Part shown: positions 36,787 to 49,348 of the stretch, in pieces | How the letters are laid out: every line of letters begins with the position of its first letter | Position numbering within the stretch: the stretch's first letter is position 1 | NCBI RefSeq assembly: GCF_021028975.2 | Contig: NC_059427.1 | Span: 84,568,001-84,632,000, forward strand | Source of the DNA: Sphaerodactylus townsendi | Lineage: Eukaryota | Direction: 5' to 3' | Length of the DNA stretch: 64,000 nucleotides | Translations under genes and position numbers: made by a program | Notes under the pieces: model-generated | What the model saw: only the letters and a program-made list of their open reading frames with translations | Told to the model about the DNA's origin: nothing | Database searches by the model: none

Positions 36787-38789
36787 CATCTAGCAAGTTT
36801 CCATAGCAGAGTGGAGATTCAATCCTAGGTCTCCTAGATCTTAGTCTGGCACTCATAACCACCGCACCACACTGGACGAATGCTTTTGGTTCAAATCACA
36901 ATGGCTTACAGGTCATTTAATAGAAAGAAAGAGAACTATTATCAACTTAATGACTTGCATTTTCCACCAGGTACATCTGACTGTTGTTACTTGGTTCAAA
37001 ACAAACAAAACCTCACTCTCACTAGCTTCTTTAAAAGTATTTTTTCTAGAAAGATAAGCTGTCCTCTGTGGCTTCAGTGTACTTTCTTTTCTTTTAACTT
37101 GGCACAAATCTCCACACAATCAAAGTTTCCAGCATGGGAACTGATTTAAAAAACAACAATGGAATATCACACCTACACCTAACTACAGAGAGAGAAAAAA
37201 AAACTGCCAGGGTGCCATCTAATCTGTTTGACTGCCAGCCCTCCTACAGACCAATTAAAATGTTCATGTTAGCTTGGAGAACACTCCATCGTGCCTTCTG
37301 CTACATCATTCTGGAGCATTTTTGTAGTAATAGGCGAGAAGAGTGTTTTGTGTTTAGGGATCATGAAGTGTTGCTCAGCCCATATTTATTTTTTGAATTT
37401 ATACCCTGCCTGGGTTAAGCAGGCTTGTGATCAATCACGGATGATAAACATGACAGTCAAATCAAGACAATGTAAAGAAACTGATACGCCAACAGAACAC
37501 CTGATAATGAAGCTGAAGGAAATTTCTAAAATAACCCCACCTATCGAAAGGACTACTTGGCAAGCCCCACAAAGCTCTTGCAATAAAGGTGCGTTCTGTA
37601 TATCTCCTGGCTGCCGATCCAAAGCATTGGAGTTGCTACTTAAAAAAACCTTGCTCTTGCTATTGATGTCTTTACCTGGCAAAGAAGAAGCTTGGTTGAC
37701 AGGGCTGGTTGGGCAGACCCAAATCACTGCATGAGTTCATATCATATGATGCAGTGGAAGAGCAGGATGTGATGTATGTAAACAATTGCTGTACAAGAAC
37801 TAATGTTCACTTTTGTGATTAAGAAAGTCTTATTTGGTTGAATTCACATGTAGTCTTTCCATAGAATTACATCTGTTTGTTTACCTGTCCAATATGTATT
37901 GTTTATCATGGGGCAGTGTTGACAGTATATGATATGGTCTGAAAATGTATTAAAAAGGTAACCGCTGCTTAATGTGATTTCATATAACCAATTGTATGCT
38001 TATGTACATATGCATGTCTGTCTGGATTGTGCAAAATATGTACATGCTAACCCACACATAAAATCTTTGTATACAGACATCTTGGAAATACAACAAAAGA
38101 GTACATTACATATCAGGGCAGGGATATTTTTCCTTGCTTCTGCAAAAAGTAAAAATGTTATTTTGCTTTTTCTTGAAGATGAGTCTCTCTGTAGAGGCTT
38201 AGTTATTTAAATAGATCAAAATGACATTGCTAAATAAGGGGTTGACTGTGTCCATTTAAATGTTGCATTTATGGATATGTACATACCTCATTATTAGTGA
38301 GCTTGTGGATGATTTCACAACATCAGTTAGTTAACATCTGGCATACTTTAAAACCTTTTATGTTTTCACAAACGGTAGATTTTTATTCTTTAATGAGAGT
38401 TCCTACATTTGTTTAAAAGAAGTTGAAAAAAGCTAGATGTACTCTAACCGATTGGCAAGGGAGTTACCCCTTCAGCTATTAAATGTTCTTTGGAAGAATT
38501 TAACTAAAGTTTCCAGCCTCAATGAGTGTGATCAATGTGTGTGAAGTGGGAGCTGTGACCTTGTGAATGTTACCTTGGTAGAATGGAGCTACTTTAATCT
38601 ATGCACAGTGGAAACTAGCTTTCTGTTTTTTGTGACTTCAGAAGGGAATATTGAACTGGTGGGTCTGCTGCCTTGGCTATCGCATAGTCAGACCTACACT
38701 CTCGCTTGTCTTCCCCACATTGTGCTGCTGCCTGCTCTGTGACTCAGGAAATGAGGCAAAACCACACCAAAGCATCAGAGGGCTTTGGG

Positions 38790-39027
38790 CAGGGGTGGGC
38801 AATTATTTTTTCCATGGGGCCGCATAAGAAACAGAAAATATTGTGGAGGGCTGGGCCAAAAGGCAGGGGGGCGAGGCGCTTTTGAAAACCCCACAGAACC
38901 TGGCAGCCAAGGCAACCGGCTTCTGTGGGGCTTTCAAAGACGCCTTTCTCCCCAGCACAGCAGGGGGCCAGTCAGGGTCATCCAGCAGGCCGGATGTGGC
39001 CCGCGGGCCGTATAATGCCCAGGTCTG
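38790..39027. mobile_element. hAT (Charlie-like) MITE
   Basis: CAGGGGTGGGCAATTAT...GGCCCGCGGGCCGTATAATGCCCAGGTCTG with a perfect 8-bp TSD GCTTTGGG (38782-38789, 39028-39035). Confidence 0.88.
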
Positions 39028-39041
39028 GCTTTGGGTCTATT

Positions 39042-39142
39042 CAGTGGTGGGATTCAGCCGGTTCGCACCACTTCGGCAGAACCGGTTGTTAAAATGGTGC
39101 TTATAAACAACCAGTTGTTAAATTATTTGAACCCCACCACTG
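39042..39142. mobile_element. 101-bp hAT MITE
   Basis: 15-bp TIR CAGTGGTGGGATTCA / TGAACCCCACCACTG (1 mismatch). TSD GGTCTATT / GATCTATT. Confidence 0.88.
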
Positions 39143-40324
39143 GATCTATTAGAGCAGCAATCTCCAACATGGGGCTCAGGGACTGAGGTCTTTTCTGACA
39201 CCTGCCAGCTCCTTTTAGAAAGTGGGCAAGGTCAAGTGAAGGTTTTTGAGTTTTTTATGCTTATGGTATAATTCAGACATGGCTTTGTGCAAGTATGTTA
39301 CCCATGCAAATAGTTGAGTGATATTCTGAAAGCACAGTGGGACCTCATTCTGATTAAATGCAATAGGGCAGCGTGACTAAAGTGCTTACATTTAGCTGGA
39401 ACTTCTTCAAATATTCCAAATTTGAATGTATTTTTATTATTCAGGGGAAGGTGATTGTAACATTGCTACAAGAGAGTGGCATTCTCTTACTTTATCTCTT
39501 TAGATGATATAGTAATACTGTTGAAACAGCCATAGATTTATCTCATTGCATTGCTTGTAATGTTGTTGCCATGTGGATGGGTCCTATCAAGCATTATCAT
39601 TACCATCGAATGGCTGTCAATAATCCTGGCTGGAGGATGTTAGCCTCGTAAAGACATGCGGGTTGTTCCACCCAGATGGGGGTAGGACTTTAAATATTAC
39701 AGCAGTTCTGGGGGGTCATGGCAAAGGACAGTGGTCCCAACACTGTAATATCTGCTGTAATATCTAAAGGGCTCTAGAATTCTGTGGGGAAATAGGAATC
39801 ATCCTATTAATTCCTTGTTCTGGTAAACTAGAAAGAGCTTTCCCTTCTGCTGGCACAGTCATGAGGAAGTCATCATAAAACTATGTGTATGCCTGAGCAC
39901 TTGGGTAGTTCAGTTATGTATAACATGCGTAGGTTGATATACATTAGATGAATCCTTTTGTGTGCAAATAGGGGATAATGGAAGAGTGACAGAGCAGCTT
40001 TCTCAGTGGATGCTAATGGTTTGCCTTGTGCATACTGCACTTTTAAACATAGCAGACAACAGTTGCCCCTAAGCCTCTTTTGCCTCTTTATTTGGGTACT
40101 TACAGATGATGGATTCTTAGCAATCTGCTACTGCTGTTGAATTGTTATAGAATTAAATATAGTGGCATTTGTGTGAGATTCTGGAAATGGTTGCCTTTGG
40201 CCAAGGCAGTGCTCCTTGGCAATATTATGTTGTATGACAAATGGAGACCTGTGAGAACGGAAGTTGGTTTGACAGAGAGAGAGGGAGGAATAAGGTTGTA
40301 TAAATAGTGAGTTCTACTGCCTGC

Positions 40325-41727
40325 CATGGACGTAGGTAAGGGGGGGTTCTCGGGTTTGAACCCCCCCATTCATGTCCAAAGCTCCGCTCCTCCATTTGTA
40401 GGTTTTTAAAACATTTTAGTGCTTTTTTGGTTTTTGGCTTGCAGGGGGCGCATTGTTTGGGCTAGCAGCACCAATCTTTCAGGGATTGTTTGGGGGACTC
40501 TCCTGATGATACTAGCCGGGTTTGGTGAGGTTTGGTTCAGGGAGTACAAAGTTATGGACTCCCAAAAGGGGTGCCCCATCCTCCATTGTTTTCAATGGGA
40601 GCTAATAGAAGATGAAGGCTACATCTTTGAGGGTCCATAACTTTAAACATCCTGAACCAAACTTCACCAAACCTGGGGTGTACTATCAGGAGAGTCTCTT
40701 ATTGATACCACCCAGGTTTTGTGAAGTTTGGTCCAGGGGGTCCAAAGCTATGGACTCCCAAAGGGGGTGCCCCATCCCCCCATTGTTTCCAATGGGAGCT
40801 AATAGGAGATGGGGGCTACACCTTTGAGGGTCCATAGCTTTGGACTCCCTGAACCAAACTTCACCAAACCTGGGTGGTATCATTAGGAGAAACTCCTAAA
40901 GATACCCTGAAAGTTTGGTGCTTCTAGCTTAACAATTGCACCCCTGACAGCAGGCACCCCCCAAATTTCTCCAGATTCTCCTTTTAAATCCACCCCCTTC
41001 GGCATGGATTTAAAGGGAGAATCTCAGGCCATCAGTTTAGAAGAAGAAGAAGAGTTTGGATTTATATTCCCCCTTTCTCTCCTGTAGGAGACTCAAAGGG
41101 GCTTACAATCTCCTTGCCCTTGCTCCCTCACAACAAACACCCTGTGAGGTGGGTGTGTCTCCGAAAAGCTGTGACTAGCTCAAGATCACCCAGCTGGCAT
41201 GTGTGGGAGTGCACAGGCTAATCTGAATTCCCCAGATAAGCCTCCACAGCTCAAGTGGCAGAGCAGGGAATCAAATGCGGTTCCTCCAGATTAGAATGCA
41301 CCTGCATAACCTAACCATGCCACATTGAAAGTGATGCTGTTTCAGGGTGGGGGATAATCCACCCCAAAACAGCATCACTTTCAATGTTGTTTAACTAGGG
41401 ACCCCAGATTCTGCCTTTAAGGTGGATTTAAAAGGAGAATTTGGGCTCTCTAGTTTAAAAGTGATGCTGTTTAGGGGTGGATTCCAGCATCACAGCGGCT
41501 GCCCAGGGGCACGTGCGCAAAACTCAGATTTTGCACCAGGCTCCATTTTCCCTCTATGCCTCTGCCCAGAGGGGAGTCTGCCATCCCCGACCTCGGAGAG
41601 CTGCTTTTATAAGTGCTAGGCCAGGGGTGGGGCTTGAGGAGGCGTGGCCATGCCCTAGGGGCGGCTGGGGGTGTGTCCCCACCCCTGAACCCCCCCCCCC
41701 ACATAAAAATCTATACCTATGTCCCTG
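40325..41727. mobile_element. Composite non-autonomous hAT (Tip100-like) element with 197-bp palindromic units
   Basis: TIR CATGGACGTAGGTA / TACCTATGTCCCTG (12 of 14 match), perfect 8-bp TSD CTGCCTGC (40317-40324, 41728-41735), unit starts at 40626 and 40823. Confidence 0.85.
41041..41322 (-). mobile_element. Squam3-like SINE nested in 40325-41727
   Basis: (AAG)n tail, then GAGTTTGGATTTAT...CCTGTAGGAGACTCAAAGGGGCTTACAA...GGGAATCAAATGCGGTTCCTCCAGATTAGA. The host sequence resumes at CATTGAAAGTGATG. Confidence 0.88.
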
Positions 41728-42712
41728 CTGCCTGCAAATCCAGTCCAGAATTCTGGGTCTTGCTGATTGGTTATTATCATGGACATAATTTTCTGTATCT
41801 TCCTCTGGCAAAGGGTAGAAACAGTGCAAATAGGCTGGTGTAAGTAGGTGACTTGCTTAGGTGGAGGACTTGACAACCTCCTTTGTGATTTTTGGTTCTT
41901 TAATTTACTCATTGTTTGAAATAAATTTCATAAGAGTGTACCCTAAAAATTCCTTTAGCAGATATGCTGTCTGTTAAGCCAAGTGAAATGGGTTTCTAAG
42001 TTTTTCTTTTAAAGAATGTTTTAATTAATAGCCAGCATGAATTTAAAGTTTCTGCAAACCTGAGATTTGTGGGTTTATGCTGGCTGAAGGATTTTTTCCT
42101 TCTTGATGTAAGTCATTGTATATAGTAGCTTCAGTTTGACCTTATAAACCAAGTGTGTGATACCTAACGGCACTTCAGAAGTTTGCAGGGCTGGTTCTGG
42201 TGAATGCCTGAATGGGAGATCTCCTTCTGCTAATGGAGTGTAACTTCAGTGCCTATCCTCTCCTGTTTCAGCAGACTGAACTCCTGAAAATGGTGTGAGG
42301 CAAAGGGACCTTAGGAACAGTGCGGAGTGGGTATGAAGTGGTTACCTGTGGTAGGATGGGGAAATCAACACATTGTCCCCAATTCTTCCACGAATGAAAA
42401 AACGACCTTTGGCTTCAACCCAGAATTAGTCAATGAATAACAAAATGTTCCTAGCTTTTCTCTGCCCTCTTGAACAACTTTGTTTTGCATGTGTATTTGG
42501 ATCTCGAAACAGTAATGTTACATTGGGTTTTATGAAATCTCTGCTTATGGATTGCTAATGTCATTTGCTCCTCAGATATTCTGATTGTTTCTCTCCCAGG
42601 TAACCAATACTGTCATAACATATAAGAGATGAGCTTATTAATGAAATTGCTTGTTCTAAGCCACACAATTGAGAGAAACATAGGGACAGTATTAAAATAC
42701 ATTTGTCTATCG

Positions 42713-42849
42713 CCGTGGTGGTGAACCTTTGGCACTCCAGATGTTATGGACCACAATTCCCATCAACCCCTGCCAGCATGACCAATTGGCAGGGGCTGAT
42801 GGGAATTGTAGTCCATAACATCTGGAGTGCCAAAGGTTCGCCACCACTG
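42713..42849. mobile_element. Palindromic hAT-type MITE
   Basis: GTGGTGGTGAACCTTTGGCACTCCAGATGTTATGGAC...GTCCATAACATCTGGAGTGCCAAAGGTTCGCCACCACTG. Confidence 0.85.
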
Positions 42850-43273
42850 GTTCGGGATCATGAACTCAGCCAATTGGAGGAATATTTGGCTGTCTTCAAA
42901 CTATGCATAAGAATTTTATATTTCTTTTCTGTTGGTTTAACTCCATATTCCCATTATAACAAATTTGAGTAGCCATATATACCAAAAGAGACATTTCCTT
43001 CTTAAAGAGAAAATATCATCTTGCATTCCAAGGTATGATTAAGGAAAGATTTGATTTCATCTCTCCCTTATCCAGTTCTCTGTAAGAGGTGTACATTTTA
43101 GATTTCTGTCCACTTCATTTGAAGGAATTATAGATACACAGACATTACTTTGAAATCTAATTATGCAAGCAATCTTGTTCCCTTTGATAACAAATATGTT
43201 GTCAGATGTGTGCCTTATGGAAACTTCAGTATAAGAACACTCTGTAAAACCAGCATTGTTGGTATCTCCACAG

Positions 43274-43380
43274 CAAGCAACTTCTCTGTGATGTGGTGAT
43301 AGTCGCTGAAGATGTTGAGATTGAAGCCCATCGTGTTGTCCTATCAGCCTGCAGTCCATATTTCTGTGCAATGTTTACAG
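43274..43380 (+). CDS. KLHL3: KLHL3 coding exon 3 (BTB domain)
   Basis: CAG| [35 protein letters not shown](G) |GTAACC, 107 nt. Confidence 0.98.
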
Positions 43381-43938
43381 GTAACCTTGTATCGCTTAAC
43401 AAAGTACCATTATTGCTTGACATACGCATTCAGTACCAGTGTTGTGCTTGGTGCTGCTACTAATGGGAAATGCAACTATAACCCCATTTTCTTCTAATCA
43501 ACCATTACAGTTTGCGTAGAGGCCAATGATTGTATGGACGTGTTCCTCTGGACCAGGGACAAACATAAGGTTTACGGCAGTACAAGTGGGCACTCATGAG
43601 CCTTTCTAATGATCAGTTATTGTGAAGTGGTTCATCCCACAGATTGGACAAATTTAATTGAGGTATTGCTGATCTTTTGTTTTGAACATTTGCAGTGAAA
43701 CTTGCTCAGTCCGTATGGTGGGTTGTTCCACATGAACAATTTGTCTCAAATTAAAAGCTGCCAAGTTTTATGATATAATTTGCCTTGTTGTGTGTGCTGT
43801 AAGTAGACCTTATGAATTCTATTGAAATAGAATATAAGGAACAGCACAGAGCATAACCCAGATCTGTGGAGGAAGTGTTATGCACACAGTATAATTAACT
43901 TTTCGTAAAAAGACACAACTTCAGTGGGATAGGGAATT

Positions 43939-44874
43939 TAATGTATTGCTGACGACTTTCATGGCCGGAATCAATTGGCTGTTGTGGGTTTTCTGGGCTG
44001 CGTGGCCATGGTTTTGTAGTTTTTGTTCCAAACATTTCAGCCGCATCTAGGGCTGGCATCTTTAGAGGCATGCAACTGCAAGATGTGTTTTTCTCCATGG
44101 CATAGTGTGAAGTGATTGTTTGATGGGGTACATCTTTTGTCCACCTAATGGGATGAGGTCCATTTACTGGGTGGAGTTAATGCAACAACAAATGCAACTG
44201 TAAATGCATTGGCTTGTTTAGGGTCAGGCAAGCCCCAGTATGAGCTCTGGTGCAAAGAACAATGCAATTGCAGTGCCCCACTAGCCTCCACCTCCTTCCA
44301 CTGGTCTACCTGCTGCTAAGTAGCAATGGGTAGACTGGTCCTCTGCGGAGGCCAGTTCCTCGTAACAGCGGCTACACCTGCTCTCCACCCATAATTGAAA
44401 GTAATAGGTAGGCCTGACCTCTGCTGAGAACAGGTCTACCAATTCTGCTTAATGGTAGGTTGAAATAAATGGGTAGTGGAGGCCCGATCTACCAGTTCTT
44501 TGTTACACTGGGTAGACCAGCTCTCCAAATGGGCCTCATCCCCATGTGTAATAGACAAAACGTATATCCCACCACACAGTCAGTCTATACTGTGCCATGG
44601 AGAGAAACTCATTGTGACATGTCTTTGAAGATGCCAGCCATAGATTGCAGGCAAAACATTAGGAGCATAAGCTACTACACCAGGGGTAGGGAACCTGCGG
44701 CTCTCCAGATGTTCAGGAACTACAATTCCCATCAGCCCCTACCAGCATGGCCAATTGGCCATGCTGACAGAGGCTGATGGGAATTGTAGTTCCTGAACAT
44801 CTGGAGAGCCGCAGGTTCCCTACCCCTGTACTAGACCATAGCCACACGGTCTGCAAAACCAAGAACAGCCAGCA
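43939..44874 (-). mobile_element. Older Penelope-like insertion with inverted ends
   Basis: The left arm (ATGTATTGCTGACGACTTTCATGGCCGGAATCAATTGGCTG...GGCTGGCATCTTTAGAGG) is homologous to 61390-61520. The inverted right arm runs about 44585-44872. Flanking near-duplication GATAGGGAATT / GATAGGCAATT. Confidence 0.75.
44681..44828. mobile_element. Palindromic hAT-type MITE nested in the Penelope-like arm
   Basis: CAGGGGTAGGGAACCTGCGGCTCTCCAGATG...GCCGCAGGTTCCCTACCCCTG, a near-perfect 148-bp palindrome. TSD TACTACAC / TACTAGAC. Confidence 0.9.
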
Positions 44875-47800
44875 GATAGGCAATTGTCAAAATTTCCACC
44901 ACACTCCTCAGGAAAACTTAAATTTTCTGAGCTGCATGATTGGATACTGGCCAGTATCTTTTACCACTGAATATTTGCTTTTTGCTACAAATTCTAGCAA
45001 AGCATCTCTGACTCCATTACCAACCAAACATAGCCCGGAACTTAAGGCAGGGACTTTGTGTGTAGAGATATTGTTATAAAAGTTTTTACCATATAAAGGT
45101 TTTATAAAAGTTTACTTCCATAACAATATGACTTTTGGTCTCTACCACATGCCAGCTGGAAACATACCTTGTGTATTTGATGAAGTAGCCTGTTGTCTGC
45201 AAAAGTTTATGCCCCAGTAAATTTGTTTGTCTATGTTTGTATTATTTTTATTAGACAAAGACACACATAGCGAACTAGAGGTGTGAATTTATCATGTGTG
45301 GCAATGTTCCTGTGGGATACAGAAATTAGCAAAATAGTAAATAACCTATAGGAAACTAGTTTCGTCTGAAAAGGCCCTTAGACACAAGAGGGTATAATTT
45401 TGAAGCCTATTAGAGGGCTAAACTATACACAGTGCATTTTTAAACAAGTTGGGTCAGGAGAAAAAGGTGCCCCTGGGTCCATTTCAGCTTGGGAAAGTGG
45501 CCTGGGAGGGGAGACTAGAGCCCCTTGTTCCCCTGGTGCCAGGCTCTCCACCTAAATGGAGCTCTGCAGCTCTTGGTGAAGTTTCCTACAATTGCCATGT
45601 GACTCTGAAAAAAAATATGAAACCCCCTATTTGACGCACTGAATAATAAATTGTGTTCTAATACATTGTTCCTAATCTACACTGTGCTTTCTACCTGTTT
45701 GATCTCAATGACAGTAACATATAGGTGACATCTGTGTGGCTCCCGGTAGCCTATCAGCAGTATCTACTACACAAATTCTGGTGTCAGGAAGTGGGGAGGG
45801 GAGAAAAGATTGGGATGCAATCCTCCTTTTCTCCACTGGTATTTTAAATGAAGATGTGGTAATGACAACTTCTTCATTTCCAGTTGCATTTATGCTGGCT
45901 GCGAGGAAAGATTATGTTGGAAAGGGAAGGGGATTGTTAAGTGCAGCCATTCAGGCATCCTGTAGGCTTCTGGATTAGCAGGAGGCATTAAGCCTGTGTT
46001 GTTGCCAAGCAGTAGCTTACATGATTGCACATTTCCCCCTCCAGCCTTCCATTTCCCTCTTCGCTTTGGCACCATGAATATAGCAGGGAAAGGAAGCAGC
46101 TTCTGCCACATTACTGTTTAAAATAGGGGGCACAGGGAGCATTGCCCCCAGCGCCACCATCTGAGGGAGGAAAGGGAATATGGAAGATAAGATTGGGCCT
46201 GCATTCAGTGTTTTGACTGGGCCAATTCAGTGTTGATTTAGCTGCCGACATAATGAAGACTAGAATCAAGTAGGCTGCATACTCAGTTGGTCCAAAATAC
46301 AGCTATTTAGCTAATGTATGAATGCTTCAAGTACACAAATAGCTCAGAGAGCCTTGCCTGATATTCCCTCTCTCATAGCCAACAAAAATAAACACTCAGA
46401 CTCCCACCCTCAAGCTGCTGCCTCCATGCATTAACAACCCATGGAATTTTGCATAAGACTACAGATTTGTTCAATTAATATGAGTGCAATTGTGGCTGCT
46501 GTATTTCAGTCTAGTCACTTTATCAAGGTGTCCATGTATCCCTCAATTATGTGTTTACCCTGAGTTGGATCCAGAGAATAAGCTTGTGGGCGGGTTCCAT
46601 AGAGCAGGTCTGTCCTTCCCTTCTTTCAGCTGCTTGCTACTTATTGTCTATGACGGTTGGGAGATCTTCCTGAACAGCATGCGCCAACCTTCAATAAGGT
46701 AGGGGGGAATGGGTTGAAATCTCTTCCATCTTTGTCACCTTACTGCAGTACCTTATGTTGTGGTGCATTTTGTTCATGAGACTTTCTTAAACCTCACAGA
46801 GTGTTTGCAAGACAAGCAGAAGACTGTTGAGGGAAGAAGGAAGGTTGGCACAGGCCAACTCCTTCCATGAAGATTTCCATGTAGAGATCAGTCTTGAGCA
46901 CAGAACTCAGCATTTGCAGCATCTCAGTGTTCGTTTTCTATTTCAAGGAGAAAGTTCCAGCTCCTTTAAACTGTGGTTTTGGGCTTGAGGTTGTTAAGGC
47001 AATGCCTGATTAAACCTCAGAAGCCAACCCTAGGGTGAGAATCAGGCTTGAGCAGCTGGTAGTGCGCGGCTTCCATCATGCTCTCCCTGATCAGTGCTTT
47101 GGCCCTGTCAGGCTCAGCAAAAGTAAATTGCACAAAACAGGCAAATATCTGCACGTACATTATACAGGGTGCAGAATTCTTTCACGGTGCAGAATTTTGA
47201 GGATGATATGCACACGGTACACAAAACCTTTGCTAGCATCCGCCAGAGCGCACCACATAGAAGCTCTTGGCTGCGAAACAAAGGACCTTTAGAAGTCTCC
47301 GGGGGTTTAACTAGATGCGAGGCAAGAGATCAGAGATCAGATCTCTTGGTATCTTTAGTTTCATTTAAAAGCAGCCATGGGGGAGCCCAATTTGGATTGG
47401 AGCCATGATGCTGGAACACAGAGGCAGTTTCTCTCTCTCTTCCCCCAGTGTTAAAATTCATCAGGTCAAACCCTAGAATGAATATGGGGTCGGAAGTAAG
47501 TAGTGAGTACATATACATGTGGCATGACCTTGTTTATTCAGACTTCTCAGGAGACATCCAGGATGCCTGAAAAATCAGATGTTCGGGGAACTGGAGTGTT
47601 ACACTGACCGTGAGATTAATACTGGCTTTATGAAAAATTCAAGTAACAGAATGGCACATTCTGTTGTACTTCTTTTCAAGTTCTAGTTATTTGTGTATTA
47701 CAAATCAAGCAGCTTATCAACGTTATGTAATCTTTTCTGTAGCAGTTTGTGGCATGCAAGCAGGATTCTATTCTGGCAGCCCAGCATCTGGAAAATATGT

Positions 47801-49226
47801 AGTGACAAAATGAGAGGATGGGACTTTCAGTAGTTAAAGGGAAGGGGTGGGCAACAGTCATTAAACAATGGCATCAGTCTTGCTCTTTAGACATGAAGAA
47901 AGCCCAAAGCCTCATATAAAGGCCAGAGGAAAGCTGCAGATTAATCATGATTACTTGCAGTGTGGAAACACATTGTGTGTGGGTGGAAGCACTTTCAAAT
48001 CCATAATCTGCTTTCCTTCAAAACAGCTTCTGTGAAACGGACTCCTTCAGATGGCCCTAATGCAGGATTGAGAGAAGCTTGGTATTTTATGAAGTATTCA
48101 GGATTACTGGCAGAACTTCTAAAAGGCAGTAGAATATACGTTTGAAACTTCCACTATAATGCTGTCCTCCATTTTTTCCCACATGTAGAAAAATATAAAG
48201 GCCCTCAATAACAAGCATAATTGTATTAAAGGATACCTCTTACCTATGCAGACATCCCCATCATGTGGGCAGTCACCACGTAAGGAGGGAGAGCAGGCAT
48301 GAATATGCTGGCACTATCTCCTGTCTCCATGCAATCTCTGAGTAGTCTGCATGGGGCAAACGTGGAGGAAGTGTCTGCACACACACCCTCTCCCTGTGAT
48401 CAGCAATATTGCAGCATTCTTCACAGGGAGAGTCTGCGTGTGCACGCACTGTGCATGTGTGTACCCCATATAGACCACTCATGTTTGCATGGAGGCTTAT
48501 TGTAGGGCCCACATTCTTGTCCCTGCTTTCCCATGTTAAATGCCTATGCAATCTGCGTAAGGCTTCTGTGCAGTTCGGACTGCGTACGCACATTCTCTGG
48601 CCTGTCCCTTATGTAGGCTTCCTGGTTTGGAGGCTGCTGTTGCAGAACACAGAGCCTATCTACTTTCCAGCATTCAGAAGGTATGTGGTACTATATACTG
48701 TACATGTGCTGGGCTTTAAGTACCATTATCAGTTTTCTTTGTGGTGAAGTTTCCTTCAAATAGAGATCCTGTTGAGAGAGTACAAGCTAGCTACCTCTTC
48801 ACTTCTGTTCCTTTAAGAATGTAGAAAAGAGAATAAAGCCCCTTCCCATTTTTCTTTGTGGAAGAGTATCAATAGATATATATCTGGACCTCTTGTTATC
48901 AAGCATACTATTAAAATGCTTCATGTTCAGTTCTTTGAATAGTAGGAAGTGGTTCACATTTTTGTTCAGTTCTTTGAGGTGTGACAAGCCCTTCGGCAGA
49001 GAAACCTTCAATTGCCAAATAGACCTTAAAAGTAGCTTTGAAGGTAGCACTGACCAACTTGGGAGCGTGTCTTAGATTTGACAAAATTGAGTTTGCTTGT
49101 ATCATTCTGAAGGTTTGGACCATTCTGGGGGAGGTTTGGGGGTAACATTCCTATTGAACGTATGGAGAAGTGAGGGGAGAAGTCAAATTCAGAGTATGAA
49201 TAAATTTGTTGTGTTGCTTTTTTAAG

Positions 49227-49348
49227 GAGATATGACTGAAAGCAAAGCAAAGAAGATTGAAATCAAAGATGTTGATGGACTGACATTAAGTAAGCTGATT
49301 GATTACATCTATACAGCTGAGATAGAAGTCACAGAAGAGAATGTTCAG
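49227..49348 (+). CDS. KLHL3: KLHL3 coding exon 4 (BTB domain)
   Basis: AAG| (G)DMTESKAKKIEIKDVDGLTLSKLIDYIYTAEIEVTEENVQ |GTGAGG, 122 nt. Confidence 0.98.

Noticed and set aside
40460-40900. CRISPR-like or protein-coding repeat array
   Set aside because: Eukaryotic context. The units are long palindromes without unique spacers and lie inside a TIR/TSD-bounded transposon.
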